From the IMG/VR virus record IMGVR_UViG_3300046167_000167, positions 1-53,240 of that record: 53,240 nucleotides of DNA; one strand, given 5' to 3'. This DNA comes from a virus. Taxonomy: Duplodnaviria; Caudoviricetes. Every line of letters starts with the position of its first letter. The stretch's first letter is position 1. This document shows positions 19,930 through 29,738 of this stretch, piece by piece. The position numbers were made by a program, and so were the translations under genes. The notes beneath the pieces are model-generated. The model did not search any database. It saw only the letters and a program-made list of their open reading frames with translations, and was not told the DNA's origin.

Positions 19930-20476
19930 GGCTCCTATTCCCGGCGCAAATTTTACGGCAGATACCCGAAATTACTCTTGGCATAGGCCACCTGACTTAG
20001 TCGATTACGATGAAGCTGTAGGCTACATGATTGATAAGATCGATGAGCCAGAACAAATTGAAGTAGTATATGCAATGCTGGGTATAGACGCCCACATCAC
20101 TACCGTTGTCTCCACGCTTCTTCTACAGGCCATCAGCAAGGGCAAGATAGGTATCGACCTAGCCGTCCTGATTGCTGGACCTTTAGCCCGTTACATTGAG
20201 ATAGCCGCTAAGGACGTAGGCATTAAGTATGAGATGGGGATTGAGGATAAGGACCGGGTTGTACTCACCCCTACCCTGCTAAGAGCCTCCATAGGGCTTA
20301 TGGATACAGCTAAACCTGAACCAATCCAACAGACAGACGAAGCAGCTACTGAGGCGTCTCCAGAGGCTCCTGTAGAGGGTCTAATGACCCGACCTGATAC
20401 AGTAGCAGCACCTGAAGATGAACAGGCGGCTATGCTTGGTGCTATGGTAGAAGAGGAACCTGAAGATGAGCTTTAA
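19919..20476 (+). CDS. conserved hypothetical virion-region protein
   Basis: 185 aa starting MRFEAPIPG..WHRPP; within the ejection gene cluster. Confidence 0.7.
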   Translation: MRFEAPIPGANFTADTRNYSWHRPPDLVDYDEAVGYMIDKIDEPEQIEVVYAMLGIDAHITTVVSTLLLQAISKGKIGIDLAVLIAGPLARYIEIAAKDVGIKYEMGIEDKDRVVLTPTLLRASIGLMDTAKPEPIQQTDEAATEASPEAPVEGLMTRPDTVAAPEDEQAAMLGAMVEEEPEDEL

Positions 20477-22877
20477 GACAGAGGCCGCAAGAGTACGCGC
20501 AGGTATAGCTTCAGGCGGCTACAAAAAGAAGACAAATCCTTTTCAGGGTTTTGTAGATGAATTAGCTTACGGCTTAAAAAAACAGGACGAAGAGAAGCGT
20601 CAGGAAGAGCGAGTTAAACGTCAGGAAGCTAGGGTTGCTGCACGGGCTACTAAGGCCAAACAGGATGCCGAGGATAAGCGCGAAAGAGAACGTGAGCAAC
20701 TAGCAAACTTCTATTTTACGAGTACTGGGCAAGATGCTAGTCCTCAAAATAAATCTGCAATTATGAGCGTCATTAGGGGCGGTAACTTTACCGACTTCTC
20801 TGATTTAGAAGCTCATATGAAGCAGTATAGCACTTACAGTAAAGGTACTGTTCCATCTATGGAAGTAGCTCCCGGCGAAGTTCCATTTGATATGTTGCCT
20901 GAGAGCGATGTGGATACGCAGACGCAAGAGATACTTAAACAGGAAAAAGGTGCAGGTACTATAGAATTTGGCGGTAGCCGAGGAAAAGACGTACTAACTA
21001 TGGCGCTTGATGAAGTTCGCTTTGAGCTTAGTGACCCCTCTATTACTTCAGAACGTAGGGCAGAGCTAGAACGTAGACTTGCTTCTCTGACTGAAGCCAA
21101 AGAGTATATTGGGACAGAAATGTTCCATCCCGATGGTAGAAAGTCTACACCCCGAAATGCAGAAGAAGAAGCAGATCTTAGCTCACAGGGCTTTGTAACA
21201 ATAGAGCCTGCGGCCAAGAAAGATTATATTGGGACAGAAATGTTCCATCCCGACGGTAGAAAGTCTACACCCCGAAATCCAGAGGAAGAAGCAGATCTTA
21301 GATCACAAGGCTTTGTAACAATAGAGCCTGCGGCCACGAAAGACTTTAAAGACATACCATTTTATGGAAAAGACGGCGCAACTGTAGTAGCTACCGATGC
21401 GGAAATGGCACAGCAATATCAACAAAGCCCAGAGTGGTCCCGCGAAAAGCCGGGTAAGCCTGTACCGTTTATTGAAAGAAAAATGTACCATCCAGATGGC
21501 CGTTCTTTTGAAGTTAAAACTGCACAAGACTTAACAGAAGCTTTGGCCGACGGGTTTGTTAAAATTCAACCTGCGGACAAACCAGATTTTGTAAGACAAA
21601 CTCTTTATTTAGACGGGGCAGAAATTACGCCCAGAGACGAAGCACAGGAAAAAATTTATTTAGACAAAGGTTATCTACCTGAAAAACCTGCTAATCACGG
21701 AAAGGGTTTCCAGCCACGATTTGTTTTCGATAATAATACAGGAGGTAAGGTAAAGGTCTTCACCCAAGCCGATTTGAATGAAAGACTTGACCAAGGCTTC
21801 ACTGTTGAAGAGCTACCTAGACCAAAAGATTTTGGTGATGTTATGCTGTATAACGGACGGCAGTCGATAAATGTTGATAATATAGATGACTTAAATAAAT
21901 ATTTAGGTCTTGGGTTTAGTAAGGTTAATCCCGGCCCAGAGCAAAAATATATTAAGCGTAAATATTATAAAGACGGCCAAGAACAGGATGTTTTAGATCA
22001 ACAAAAACAGGATGAATTAGAGGCAGATGGTTGGAGCGCAATTAAACTAGATGATACCGCCCAGATTATGGCAGATCTAGGAATTGATCGTAAGACTGCG
22101 GCGCAAATTAAAAACGGTGTACTTAAAGTATCTACCAACTTTGCAGGTCAGCCTATAGTCATTGACATCAGTCAGGGTACTTCTGAGCAAGTTTCCTCTG
22201 GAAATCCTACGGAACAACAAAACAATTTGGACAGCCTCGATGCTGCACTGAGTCAAGTCAATCCAAATTGGAAAGATACTCTCCGTTTGGAAATAGTTGT
22301 AGATGGTAAAACGGTAGTTGTTACGCCCGAACAAATTCAGAACAATGAATCTTTTAAAATACAAGTAGAAGACTTAACGGGCCTAGAAGGAGCATTTGGT
22401 CTGGGTGGTGCGCTTAACAAGCTTGCAGGTAAAGCTGGTGATATATTTGGGGTAGAATTTCAGTCCGAGCAAAACAAAGCAATTACCTTTATGAGCAATC
22501 TTCGCCTGAATACTCTTATCAACCTAGCAGCCGCTACCGCTGGAGGTCTACGAGATAGTGTTTGGAACAAGCAACAAATTATTGCAACTCTACCTGAACC
22601 CGCCCGTGTGTTTGAGGGTCCAATTGAAGCTAGAAACAAGACTGTTGAAACTCTTCGTAGTATTCAAACAAGTCTAAAACTTCTCGACAGGAACATTAAT
22701 TCTGGACAAATTGCAAAAGCTCAACTTTCACAGAGTACAATTACAAGAGCTTCTTTAAGGGAATTAGAGAAAACATATCTTACGGTGTTGGAGGCTTTTG
22801 AGGGTTCAGTTGAGCCAGTTGCTCTGCCTGACTCCTTTATATCAACCCCAAATAAAACATCTGGAGAAACCGACTAA
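20466..22877 (+). CDS. putative internal virion protein with about eight ~40-aa repeats
   Basis: 803 aa; repeats of the type EYIGTEMFHPDGRKSTPRNAEEEADLSSQGFVTIEPAAK. Confidence 0.7.
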   Translation: MSFKTEAARVRAGIASGGYKKKTNPFQGFVDELAYGLKKQDEEKRQEERVKRQEARVAARATKAKQDAEDKREREREQLANFYFTSTGQDASPQNKSAIMSVIRGGNFTDFSDLEAHMKQYSTYSKGTVPSMEVAPGEVPFDMLPESDVDTQTQEILKQEKGAGTIEFGGSRGKDVLTMALDEVRFELSDPSITSERRAELERRLASLTEAKEYIGTEMFHPDGRKSTPRNAEEEADLSSQGFVTIEPAAKKDYIGTEMFHPDGRKSTPRNPEEEADLRSQGFVTIEPAATKDFKDIPFYGKDGATVVATDAEMAQQYQQSPEWSREKPGKPVPFIERKMYHPDGRSFEVKTAQDLTEALADGFVKIQPADKPDFVRQTLYLDGAEITPRDEAQEKIYLDKGYLPEKPANHGKGFQPRFVFDNNTGGKVKVFTQADLNERLDQGFTVEELPRPKDFGDVMLYNGRQSINVDNIDDLNKYLGLGFSKVNPGPEQKYIKRKYYKDGQEQDVLDQQKQDELEADGWSAIKLDDTAQIMADLGIDRKTAAQIKNGVLKVSTNFAGQPIVIDISQGTSEQVSSGNPTEQQNNLDSLDAALSQVNPNWKDTLRLEIVVDGKTVVVTPEQIQNNESFKIQVEDLTGLEGAFGLGGALNKLAGKAGDIFGVEFQSEQNKAITFMSNLRLNTLINLAAATAGGLRDSVWNKQQIIATLPEPARVFEGPIEARNKTVETLRSIQTSLKLLDRNINSGQIAKAQLSQSTITRASLRELEKTYLTVLEAFEGSVEPVALPDSFISTPNKTSGETD
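21099..21338 (+). repeat. near-identical 120-bp tandem duplication inside the 803-aa gene
   Basis: 21099-21218 and 21219-21338 differ at only a few positions. Confidence 0.9.
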
Positions 22878-25800
22878 TGGCAAATGAAATAGATGTTGGC
22901 CTGATTAAAAAGTTTAGATCAGATGGAGCTAGTGATCAGGAAATATTAGATATCCTAGTCAAGGATGGTGGTGGGACACTCAACGTAAACGAAGATGTAT
23001 TAGACCTACAGGCTGCGATAGAAGCGGGAGTAAATTCCAGTGATCTCTTAGACTTTATCACTTCAGGTAAGCAAATTAGAGTTGACATCGACAGTGGCGC
23101 AGAGGCCGCTATAGCGGGTGCAGGTACAGGTCTAACTAACTTGATAGGCTTACCTGTAGATATATTAAATTCTACACAACAAGCCATTGAAGGTGGTGTG
23201 CGTAAGGGCATTAACTATGCGGCAGGTACAGAATTAAGTACTAATCCAGAAGACTACTTGTTCTCCAGCACCAAACCATTTGGTGGAGCCGAGTCAATAC
23301 GCAGCGGTATAGAAACTGTCGTTAATCCAGTTGAAAGAGCCGTAGGTCTTCCTGAGACTAAATTTGTCAGCCGAGAAGAAGTCCCCGATGACTACCGGGG
23401 GTACTACACTGCGGGACGGGTTGTTGGGGAAAATCTAGCTCCAACAGCAATTGCTTTAAAAGCCGCGAAGTCAGGGATTGGTCTTTCTAATCCTATGATG
23501 CAGGGCATTCGCAATAATCCCAAGGCGTTCTTAACTGGGGAAGCCGCAGCCACTACAGGTGCAGCTAGTGCAGCCGCCACCGCAGAGGTACTGGACTTTG
23601 GAGACAATCCCTATGTGATGGCTGGTGCAGAAATACTGGGCGCTCTCGTAGGCGGTAACGCCCCTACTATCGCAAAATACAGCCCCGCTTCTATGGCTTA
23701 CCAAGGAGTAAAATCTTTAGGTAATCAGGTTATGAAGGGTCTAAGTAGTGATGCCGCCCGTATGGGTGCATATGAACAAATTCTAAAGGCCGCAGATCAG
23801 GGGAGAACTTCTTTATTAAAAGAGGCGGAAGTCGCTGCTAAAAACGGAGATGCTGAACTAGCAAACTCTCTCAGGGCAGAGGCCGAGTTGTATACAGTTG
23901 AACGTATGCGATCAGATATTGAAGCTGCGCTGGCGCTTGGGGAAAATACTCCTGAAGCAGTAAGCCGTATGTCCGTAGGTAATCTAACTACAAATCCCGT
24001 ATTGCAGTCGATGCAAAAAGAGATGATGGGACAAAGCCCTCAGTTTAGACAAGAAACTATGAATACGGCTAATGAAGCTATCTCAGGTATTCTGGAGGTA
24101 TCTGAATTATTGGCACGGGCAGGTAACACTGCCGCTGCACAGGCACTCAGGACACGGGCCTACTCCTCTATGATTGATGCTACCCTAGCCAATGCCACTG
24201 GTAATGTAGCAGAGGCTATGAAGGCTGTAATGGGTTCAGACAAAGCGGCTGCATCCGTACTGGCGCAGAAAACTTTGTTTAGCGCAAAAACCAATATGCG
24301 CGAGATGGAGACTTATCTATGGGGCCGCATAGACGGTGGTCAGGTAGTATCTGGTGACGCCATCTCAGAAGTTATTGATAAAATCTATAGTGATAAGCTT
24401 TTGGACGGTATGACTATTGCTGGCGGCGGTCAGATTGATGAGGCCATCAATGCAATGAGCCAGAAAATTAAATCTGGTAAAGGTCTTTCCGTATCCGAAA
24501 TTTTAAAGTTCCGTTCTATTATGCTCTCCAACTCAAGGAAGGCTGGTGCTTCAGATGACTACTTCCAAGCAGGTCTATTCGATGAACTTGCTGGTGCAGG
24601 TATCGATGAGCTTAATAAGCTGGAAGGTGCTGCCGGGGATGCCGTTGACCTAGCCCGTGGATTTAGTGTTCAGCTTAACAAAAGGTTTACTAGGTATTTT
24701 ACTAAAGATGCTCTCTCAACCGAGAAGCTTGGCGGTACAAGTATTAGAGATAGTGAACTACTTGAAGAAGGTTTCAATGCCGGAGGAGATCAGGCCAACA
24801 ACAAGTTTCAAGACTTACGAGAGGCCTCTGAGTTCCCAGACGAAGTAGCTCCCGGTGTAGACGCAATACGCGCCCGTGATGCGGCTGATGCAGATGCTGG
24901 AAGTTTACCTGCACCAGAGGGTGGTCCCACAGGCGGTAGAGATGTAGCCACTAATGAAGGTGTAATTTACCCAGAGAATACTTCTTATCCAACAGGACAA
25001 GCTGGAGAAGGATTTACTACCGACGATGGCACAGTAATATTCCCTCCCGAAGGTTCTCAAGACGGCTCAAGATTGGATGAGATGTTTAATCGTCCCGATG
25101 GAGCTACCTATAATCGTAATACTGCGGAAGCCCCTGACGAAGAGTTTGTCCTAAACGAAGGCGGTGACCCTAACCAGCAAGCCCTTACTACTGAGGCTGA
25201 CAATACTCCTATAAGTCTAGGGGATGATATGTCGGCAGCGCAGGAAGAGTTTCTACGAGGTAAGGTTAGAGAGCTTGCTGGCATAGACAATGTCATTACG
25301 CCGGAAGCTTTGACCACCTTTATGGAAAATAACCAGAAGCTGATTGCTGAGTTCCCTAACCTTCGGGATGATATACTATCCATACATGATGCACAAAGAA
25401 CTGCCGACAGACTTGTGGAAGACCTAAGCTTGGCTGCTAACAACGAAAAACTACCAGAGGCTATTGGTCAGGCTCTCGCTACAAACACCCCAATAGAAAC
25501 TTTTAGTAAGTTGGCTAAGGAAGCTATTACTCCTGACGCTAAAATAGATTTCCGAAACGCTGCAATGGATGAGTTATTTAGAGGTGCTGTTAAAAGTGAC
25601 GGTAGCCCTGATATGCTCAAGATATCTGAAAACCTTTTAAAGCCTGTCAGTGGGCGCAAGGGAGATGTCAACGTATTAGATGTCATGGTAAGCAACGGCA
25701 TTCTAGAAGCTAGTGAGATGGAAGCTATAGTTAACTTACTCAGCGAAGGATTGGTAATTGAAAAGAGTATACGAGATCCTAAGATCTTTGATAGAGCTAT

Positions 25801-26323
25801 TGCAGAGACCCCAGACATCCAGAAAAACATTGCTCGACTAGCTGGTGCTAACGCTGGTGTACTGTTTGGCTCTGGTAATGCCAGCCTACAGGCAGCGGCC
25901 ATTGGTTCTGCATTCTTCAAGAAATACATCGATCAGTTTCCTTTAGGTAAACAGGCTGTAGAAATGCAAAATCTACTTAAACAGCCGAAGCTGCTTGCCA
26001 GTATGTTCTCCAAAAACCCGACACTAAGGAAGACCGCGTTCCAATCTGCAAAAGAGTATTCGTTGAGGTTGAAAGAACTAGGTATCTCCGGCTCAGTTTC
26101 TGCCGCATCATCCGCTGCGGTCAATAAAGTAGGAGAAAGTATGAGTACTATGCGCACTGCCTATCCCAGTGCCGTCACAGGTAATACTCAAGATCAGACA
26201 AACCCAACAGTAAGCATAGACGATCAAATGATGGACTTGAACCTTGTAAATGCACCAACTGCTTACGATGTTTTTGGTGAAGGTAACCCGCTAATCTATG
26301 ACGGAAACGGAAATGCACGATAA
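22877..26323 (+). CDS. large internal virion / ejection protein
   Basis: 1148 aa, Ala/Gly-rich helical; last gene of the structural arm. Confidence 0.7.
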   Translation: MANEIDVGLIKKFRSDGASDQEILDILVKDGGGTLNVNEDVLDLQAAIEAGVNSSDLLDFITSGKQIRVDIDSGAEAAIAGAGTGLTNLIGLPVDILNSTQQAIEGGVRKGINYAAGTELSTNPEDYLFSSTKPFGGAESIRSGIETVVNPVERAVGLPETKFVSREEVPDDYRGYYTAGRVVGENLAPTAIALKAAKSGIGLSNPMMQGIRNNPKAFLTGEAAATTGAASAAATAEVLDFGDNPYVMAGAEILGALVGGNAPTIAKYSPASMAYQGVKSLGNQVMKGLSSDAARMGAYEQILKAADQGRTSLLKEAEVAAKNGDAELANSLRAEAELYTVERMRSDIEAALALGENTPEAVSRMSVGNLTTNPVLQSMQKEMMGQSPQFRQETMNTANEAISGILEVSELLARAGNTAAAQALRTRAYSSMIDATLANATGNVAEAMKAVMGSDKAAASVLAQKTLFSAKTNMREMETYLWGRIDGGQVVSGDAISEVIDKIYSDKLLDGMTIAGGGQIDEAINAMSQKIKSGKGLSVSEILKFRSIMLSNSRKAGASDDYFQAGLFDELAGAGIDELNKLEGAAGDAVDLARGFSVQLNKRFTRYFTKDALSTEKLGGTSIRDSELLEEGFNAGGDQANNKFQDLREASEFPDEVAPGVDAIRARDAADADAGSLPAPEGGPTGGRDVATNEGVIYPENTSYPTGQAGEGFTTDDGTVIFPPEGSQDGSRLDEMFNRPDGATYNRNTAEAPDEEFVLNEGGDPNQQALTTEADNTPISLGDDMSAAQEEFLRGKVRELAGIDNVITPEALTTFMENNQKLIAEFPNLRDDILSIHDAQRTADRLVEDLSLAANNEKLPEAIGQALATNTPIETFSKLAKEAITPDAKIDFRNAAMDELFRGAVKSDGSPDMLKISENLLKPVSGRKGDVNVLDVMVSNGILEASEMEAIVNLLSEGLVIEKSIRDPKIFDRAIAETPDIQKNIARLAGANAGVLFGSGNASLQAAAIGSAFFKKYIDQFPLGKQAVEMQNLLKQPKLLASMFSKNPTLRKTAFQSAKEYSLRLKELGISGSVSAASSAAVNKVGESMSTMRTAYPSAVTGNTQDQTNPTVSIDDQMMDLNLVNAPTAYDVFGEGNPLIYDGNGNAR

Positions 26324-26325
26324 GC

Positions 26326-26362
26326 AAAAAAAGAAACCCCCGCCAACCAAAGCAGGGGTTTC
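26326..26362 (-). terminator. intrinsic terminator on the minus strand
   Basis: GAAACCCCUGCU-UUGGUU-GGCGGGGGUUUC-U7; the two G.U pairs form only on the minus strand. Confidence 0.85.
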
Positions 26363-26400
26363 CAACCAACGAACAAGGCGACCAATCTTTAGCCCTATTC
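26326..26400 (-). ncRNA. candidate ~75-nt trans-acting antisense sRNA (or processed 3' UTR of the replication operon)
   Basis: Minus strand: TTGACC-17-TAAATT upstream; body AAAGAUUGGUCGCCUUGUUCGUUGGUUGG is complementary to early-gene leaders; 12-bp terminator stem with UUGGUU loop and U7 tail. Confidence 0.55.
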
Positions 26401-26406
26401 GAAATT

Positions 26407-26435
26407 AATTTAGTGTTTTTATGCTCTCAGGTCAA
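26407..26435 (-). promoter_or_regulatory. candidate sigma70 promoter for the sRNA
   Basis: TTGACC (26435-26430), 17 nt, TAAATT (26412-26407). Confidence 0.5.
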
Positions 26436-26455
26436 GTGATCTGGGGGCTTTTTTT
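26423..26455 (+). terminator. intrinsic terminator ending the structural arm
   Basis: GCTCTCAGGTC-AAGT-GATCTGGGGGC hairpin followed by T7. Confidence 0.8.
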
Positions 26456-26472
26456 ATAAGAAAATAAGATAT

Positions 26473-28377
26473 TTAAGCAGAGATATCTACTAATTCACAA
26501 CTGTCTCCACTACACGCCATAGTCTGCATAGCGACAGTAGTATCTTCCTTTTCGTAGTTCGATAAGTCCGCCCAATTAATCTTTTCAGGCATAACAGATA
26601 GGAGAGTTTCATAGTCAGTTTTAGAACAATCTTGGTACGGTGGTTGCTGGTAAGTATGTTCAGCAAATGGCAGAAAGCTAACCCCACTCATTTCATCAAA
26701 ATTCTTATAGACAAATGTTCCCACATCAAACCACTCATTTTTTTTGACGTTGATAGTTACGCTTGGTTTATGTTCCGCAAAATGCCTCTGGTACATCAGC
26801 CACATTTCAAGCTGCTCAATAGCCGTCATATCTGCGGTGCAGACCGCTCCTTCAGGAGACTTAACTGGAAAGCTGAATACAGTCGTTTGATCCGGCTTAA
26901 ACGCCTCTGGCTCATTGGGAATCCCTTGATCTTTCATAAACTGTGTTAGTGGGTCTTTGTTATCACCACGAACAGTACGAATATAATAGGGGCTGTGCCT
27001 AGCATGAATACCAGAGGCGGAATCAACAAGTTGTGAAACCGTGCCGGAAGGCTTAACGCAAGTGATAGCAGCAGCGACAGGGATGCCAAGGCGTTCAGCC
27101 CACTCAGCATTAGTGTTAATAGCAACATCTTTTAAATGCCTCAAAGTTTTATCAAGTCCACTATTAGCGGTAGTCATTAGAGGGTTATCCATAATACCTG
27201 TGAGGCTGACACCAAGCAGACGCTCATCTGAGGTATTCTTTTCCCATATCTTCCGTAAGTAGGGAAACTTTGTATAGGTAGCCTGTATAGTACCTAAGAT
27301 CGTAGCTAGGCGTACCTTCCGCTCTAAGTCTTTCAGCGTATCTGTAGCCCGGATTACTACTTCACTGAGGTTGCAAAACTGACTTGGTAATAAAATTATT
27401 TCAGAACAAGGGTTTGTACCAAATTCTGCATCTGATTTGCGGCGACCATTTAGACCTGCCTGCACCTTTGCTGCCTGTCGATTGAAGATGCCCCGTTCAC
27501 CTGAACCGGACTCCACCAGAGCCATCCACTCACGCATAAATGACATACTGTCAGGCTTCTCAGAGTAGGCCACAGAGTTGTTAGCCAGCCCTCGATGCGG
27601 ATTTTGCTCATACCACTTACCGCTCTTGGCGTGGCGCATACGGTCATCTGACAAATTACTTAATGAAATCATTGCACTACGACGAACGCCGCCTACGACT
27701 ACTATTTCACCGACCTTACACATGAGGTCATGGCACTCAATCGAAGACAGTTTACGACCTTGTGCTTCCTTAAAAGTGCTAACTGCAAAGTTAAACAGAT
27801 CGATCAGAGGAGCGGGTCCAGATGCCCTGCCCCCAAAGGTTTTAAGCCGCGCCCCCGCTGGCCGTACCTTTTCAACATTCCACTTAGGAATTTCACCAGC
27901 CCAGAGGAGTGCCAGAACTTGCCTGAAAGCCTTAGCCCAGCCTTCCTTACTGTCCTTAACCATGACGATAGTGTCGCTGTCGAAGAGTGTAGGGACTTCG
28001 GGAAGTTTATCGATGCACTGACGCTCTACACTGAAGCCCACCCCAGTTCCGCACAGCAAGATGAACATAGCCTCATCGAAGGCCTTCGGGTCATCTACGG
28101 CTAGGTAGCTACAGTTATACATACAGGTGTTATCCCGCGCTGCCGCTGGACCCGCTGTCATTAGTGACCGCATACTGGGCATTACCTCCAGACTGAGGAT
28201 AGCCTGTTCGATATCTTTTATGTAGCTATCGTCACCCGCAACAGGTTTTACGATGTTTTCCATGTAGCGAGATACTGTCTCACCCCAAGTCTCCCGGCGA
28301 CCTTCTTCCTCAATCCACCGTGCGTAACGGCTGGTTGCGATAAAGGTTTGATAATCGGTTGGTAAATAGTTATTCAT
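26473..28377 (-). CDS. nrdJ: class II (adenosylcobalamin-dependent) ribonucleotide reductase
   Basis: 634 aa; PSMRSL, NCSY, GVGFSVE, VVGGVRRSAMI, TNPCSEI, TCVKPSGTVSQL, C-terminal CSGDSC; no nrdB gene present. Confidence 0.9.
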   Translation of the reverse strand: MNNYLPTDYQTFIATSRYARWIEEEGRRETWGETVSRYMENIVKPVAGDDSYIKDIEQAILSLEVMPSMRSLMTAGPAAARDNTCMYNCSYLAVDDPKAFDEAMFILLCGTGVGFSVERQCIDKLPEVPTLFDSDTIVMVKDSKEGWAKAFRQVLALLWAGEIPKWNVEKVRPAGARLKTFGGRASGPAPLIDLFNFAVSTFKEAQGRKLSSIECHDLMCKVGEIVVVGGVRRSAMISLSNLSDDRMRHAKSGKWYEQNPHRGLANNSVAYSEKPDSMSFMREWMALVESGSGERGIFNRQAAKVQAGLNGRRKSDAEFGTNPCSEIILLPSQFCNLSEVVIRATDTLKDLERKVRLATILGTIQATYTKFPYLRKIWEKNTSDERLLGVSLTGIMDNPLMTTANSGLDKTLRHLKDVAINTNAEWAERLGIPVAAAITCVKPSGTVSQLVDSASGIHARHSPYYIRTVRGDNKDPLTQFMKDQGIPNEPEAFKPDQTTVFSFPVKSPEGAVCTADMTAIEQLEMWLMYQRHFAEHKPSVTINVKKNEWFDVGTFVYKNFDEMSGVSFLPFAEHTYQQPPYQDCSKTDYETLLSVMPEKINWADLSNYEKEDTTVAMQTMACSGDSCELVDISA

Positions 28378-28805
28378 TAATTGGTCTCCACTAAGTGTTT
28401 TAAATTTGCTGGTTTATAATTCGGTCCCTTTAGAACTTTCCCTGAAGAGTTCTTTAGAGGTTTTCCGTCTACGCCTAATTTGCTCATGTTTGAGGCCATA
28501 ACTAAGCGGAAGCCTTCTTCTACATCCCACCCATACGTCACGCAGTAACCAATTACGGTAACCAAAATATCCATCAGTTCCTTGAACATATTTGCGGGAT
28601 TATTTTGGCTACAGCTTTCATCAAAAGCCTCTCCGTATTCCTCTTGAATTAAACCCCAGCGGAAATCCTCTAGGTCTTTATCTTTAAGCCACGGCTGGTT
28701 GATCGGCTGATCCATGCGTAGGGCAAAGTCAGTCACAAGTTGCTGCATGGTGGATAAAGGCGGGTTGTATACTTTAAAGGCGTCAATATCCTCCTGTGTA
28801 ATCAT
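28377..28805 (-). CDS. MazG-like nucleotide pyrophosphohydrolase
   Basis: LIQEEYGE..KELMDIL..VMASNMSKLG..GKVLKGPNY; likely start is ATG 28805 overlapping the upstream stop. Confidence 0.85.
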   Translation of the reverse strand: MITQEDIDAFKVYNPPLSTMQQLVTDFALRMDQPINQPWLKDKDLEDFRWGLIQEEYGEAFDESCSQNNPANMFKELMDILVTVIGYCVTYGWDVEEGFRLVMASNMSKLGVDGKPLKNSSGKVLKGPNYKPANLKHLVETN

Positions 28806-29044
28806 TTTTCTATCTCCTGAATTAATCGGTCTAAGTACCAGCGGCATTTTTTGAGATCTTCTAGGCCGTTTTTGTATGGCCATCTCCAGAGGTACTTAAA
28901 AACAGTCTGCCAACAGTGCGCCTGATGCGGAGTTACTAAGACTTTAGGGGGTATTGTACCGCCTTCAGTCATAGCCTTCATGGCGTCGATGCACTCAATG
29001 GTATGATTGTAGTGGGACGGGCTGTTCACCATATCCGAAGCCAT
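28802..29044 (-). CDS. DUF3310-like protein (T7 gp1.7-related nucleotide kinase family)
   Basis: DMVNSPSHY..IECIDA..KYLWRWPYKNGLEDLKKCRWYLDRLI. Confidence 0.85.
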   Translation of the reverse strand: MASDMVNSPSHYNHTIECIDAMKAMTEGGTIPPKVLVTPHQAHCWQTVFKYLWRWPYKNGLEDLKKCRWYLDRLIQEIEK

Positions 29045-29385
29045 CAGTGTAGCTTCTTCTTAAAAGCTAATACGTTATCATCTGAATTTAGACGCATGGC
29101 ATCCAGAAGCTCTTCGGAAGGCTCAAAGGTTACTTCTAGGCCGTCCCTGTCTTCATAGAGTTCGTCTTCCAGCATAGATATTCTACGCAAAAGCCTGCCC
29201 GTGATTACAAACTCCTCAAGAGTTGTATTCAGTTTAGCCATCAGGCCGTTGCACAGGTCTAAGTAGAAGGTTTCCTGTTCGTCAGACATCGAAGAGCTAA
29301 GGCTCTCATTTAAAGACACCTCAAGAAGATCATCGTCTTGATCTACGGTCATAGTAATTTGAATTGTATTCTCAGGAAGTTTCAT
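29044..29385 (-). CDS. hypothetical acidic protein
   Basis: 113 aa, translationally coupled to both neighbours; ends DDNVLAFKKKLH. Confidence 0.7.
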   Translation of the reverse strand: MKLPENTIQITMTVDQDDDLLEVSLNESLSSSMSDEQETFYLDLCNGLMAKLNTTLEEFVITGRLLRRISMLEDELYEDRDGLEVTFEPSEELLDAMRLNSDDNVLAFKKKLH

Positions 29386-29738
29386 TTCTTGCCTTTTTTC
29401 GTTAGTTTGAAAAAATGCTCCGCGTCCATAACAGCTAAGGGCTTTTGACGGTCACCCTTAATTATAGCTATTGGCTCTGCACCCTTGGGGCAGTTCTCTG
29501 CCGCCTGATCCATCACCTTGTAGATGGCGAATGACTTGAACGCTTTGCACTCGATTGAATATGGAAATAGGCGTCTGGCGGCGGGACTTAGTTGTACGTC
29601 TTCGCCGCCAGCACCCATAGAAGTGCTTCTGACATCGTCGGGGAGGAGTGCTTTAGGAAACAGGGATAGTATCTTATCCCTAACCCATTGCTGATGTCTT
29701 CGGCCCTTCGCCTTGGCACTTGAGGTTTTTATCGCCAC
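29382..29738 (-). CDS. PD-(D/E)xK endonuclease, putative Holliday junction resolvase
   Basis: SAKAKGR..GEDV..YSIECK motifs. Confidence 0.75.
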   Translation of the reverse strand: MAIKTSSAKAKGRRHQQWVRDKILSLFPKALLPDDVRSTSMGAGGEDVQLSPAARRLFPYSIECKAFKSFAIYKVMDQAAENCPKGAEPIAIIKGDRQKPLAVMDAEHFFKLTKKGKK

